36,208 bases of DNA from assembly GCA_000826855.1 (NCBI GenBank), contig JTLS01000059.1:1-36208 (forward strand), given 5' to 3'. The position numbers were made by a program, and so were the translations under genes. This document shows, in pieces, positions 35,757 to 36,208 of the stretch; position 1 is the first letter of the stretch; each line of letters begins with the position of its first letter. Origin of the DNA: Basidioascus undulatus. Lineage: Eukaryota. The notes beneath the pieces were generated by a model. That model was not told where the DNA came from. It did no database searches and worked only from the letters and a program-made list of their open reading frames with translations.

Positions 35757-36208
35757 ATGGCGCTTCCCCCGCGCCCGCTCTCCCCCATGCGCTCCCCACC
35801 CCGCCGCCGCACAGGCCGCGGATCCGATCGCGGCTTCTCCCCTCCGCCACCGCCTCTCCCGCCTCCGTCCGGCCGGCGCAGCGGCGGCGGGGGAGCTGGC
35901 ATGGACTGGGACCGCCGTCGGTGGGAGGAGGAGGACCGACGGAGGGCGTGGGACGAGTATGAGCGCGATATGGCTATCCGTGGTAGCAGGTGCGTGATTC
36001 CATTTGGGTTGCCGTTGAAGAATAAGCTGACACGCTCGGTTCGCACAGGTACGACCCGCACCCGCCTCCGCCTCGGCGAAGGGGCGGCGGCGGAGGAGAC
36101 TATTCACCTCCTCCCCCGCCGCACAGGCGTCCGCTGTCCCCACCTTCCCTCAGAAGAGGGCGCGACTCGCTCTATCCCCTCCAACCGTTCCCCCTTAGTC
36201 GCCCACGA
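35757..36208 (+). CDS. 5' part of an Arg/Pro/Gly-rich protein (possibly RNA-processing), truncated by the window end
   Basis: ATG in CAACATGG context. Exon 1 (35757-35989) gives MALPPRPLSPMRSPPRRR...MDWDRRRWEEEDRRRAWDEYERD. The intron 35990-36048 reads GTGCGT..GCTGAC..CAG. Exon 2 stays open to 36208. Confidence 0.7.
   Translation, partial: MALPPRPLSPMRSPPRRRTGRGSDRGFSPPPPPLPPPSGRRSGGGGAGMDWDRRRWEEEDRRRAWDEYERDMAIRGSRCVIPFGLPLKNKLTRSVRTGTTRTRLRLGEGAAAEETIHLLPRRTGVRCPHLPSEEGATRSIPSNRSPLVAH

Noticed and set aside
1..36208. CRISPR arrays, rRNA, intact transposons (RT/integrase/transposase, LTRs, TIRs) or a secondary-metabolite cluster
   Set aside because: None seen by eye. Low-complexity Pro/Ser tracts lie inside coding exons, and the MFS and MDR genes have no backbone enzyme nearby.

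Overview
Eukaryotic, intron-rich, GC3-high fungal DNA. Introns are typically 55-90 nt with GT(G/A)(C/A)GT donors, (G)CTRAC branch points and YAG acceptors; a basidiomycete, probably Pucciniomycotina/Microbotryomycetes-like, is my inference. The ORF track mostly shows exon fragments and antisense shadows, so I built gene models by splicing by eye. Apparently intact genes: GGC1/YHM1 mitochondrial GTP/GDP carrier, a UBP3/USP10-like deubiquitinase, MBF1, a Kelch+BTB Ral2/Mds3-like protein, dynactin p150Glued, an ACS-family MFS transporter, mitoribosomal IMG2/mL49, the 5' part of an Arg/Pro-rich gene, and an intron-containing tRNA-Pro(AGG). Three pseudogenes: an MDR-family dehydrogenase and two inverted F-box/LRR-like paralogues. 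The most unusual item is at 1-95 on the minus strand. A tRNA-Arg(ACG) 3' half lies directly UPSTREAM of the matching 5' half with a 1-nt linker, preceded by an intron-end-like sequence and an extra A-box-like motif. This is a candidate circularly permuted tRNA gene, or its tandem-duplication precursor. The window edge cuts off the decisive downstream sequence.
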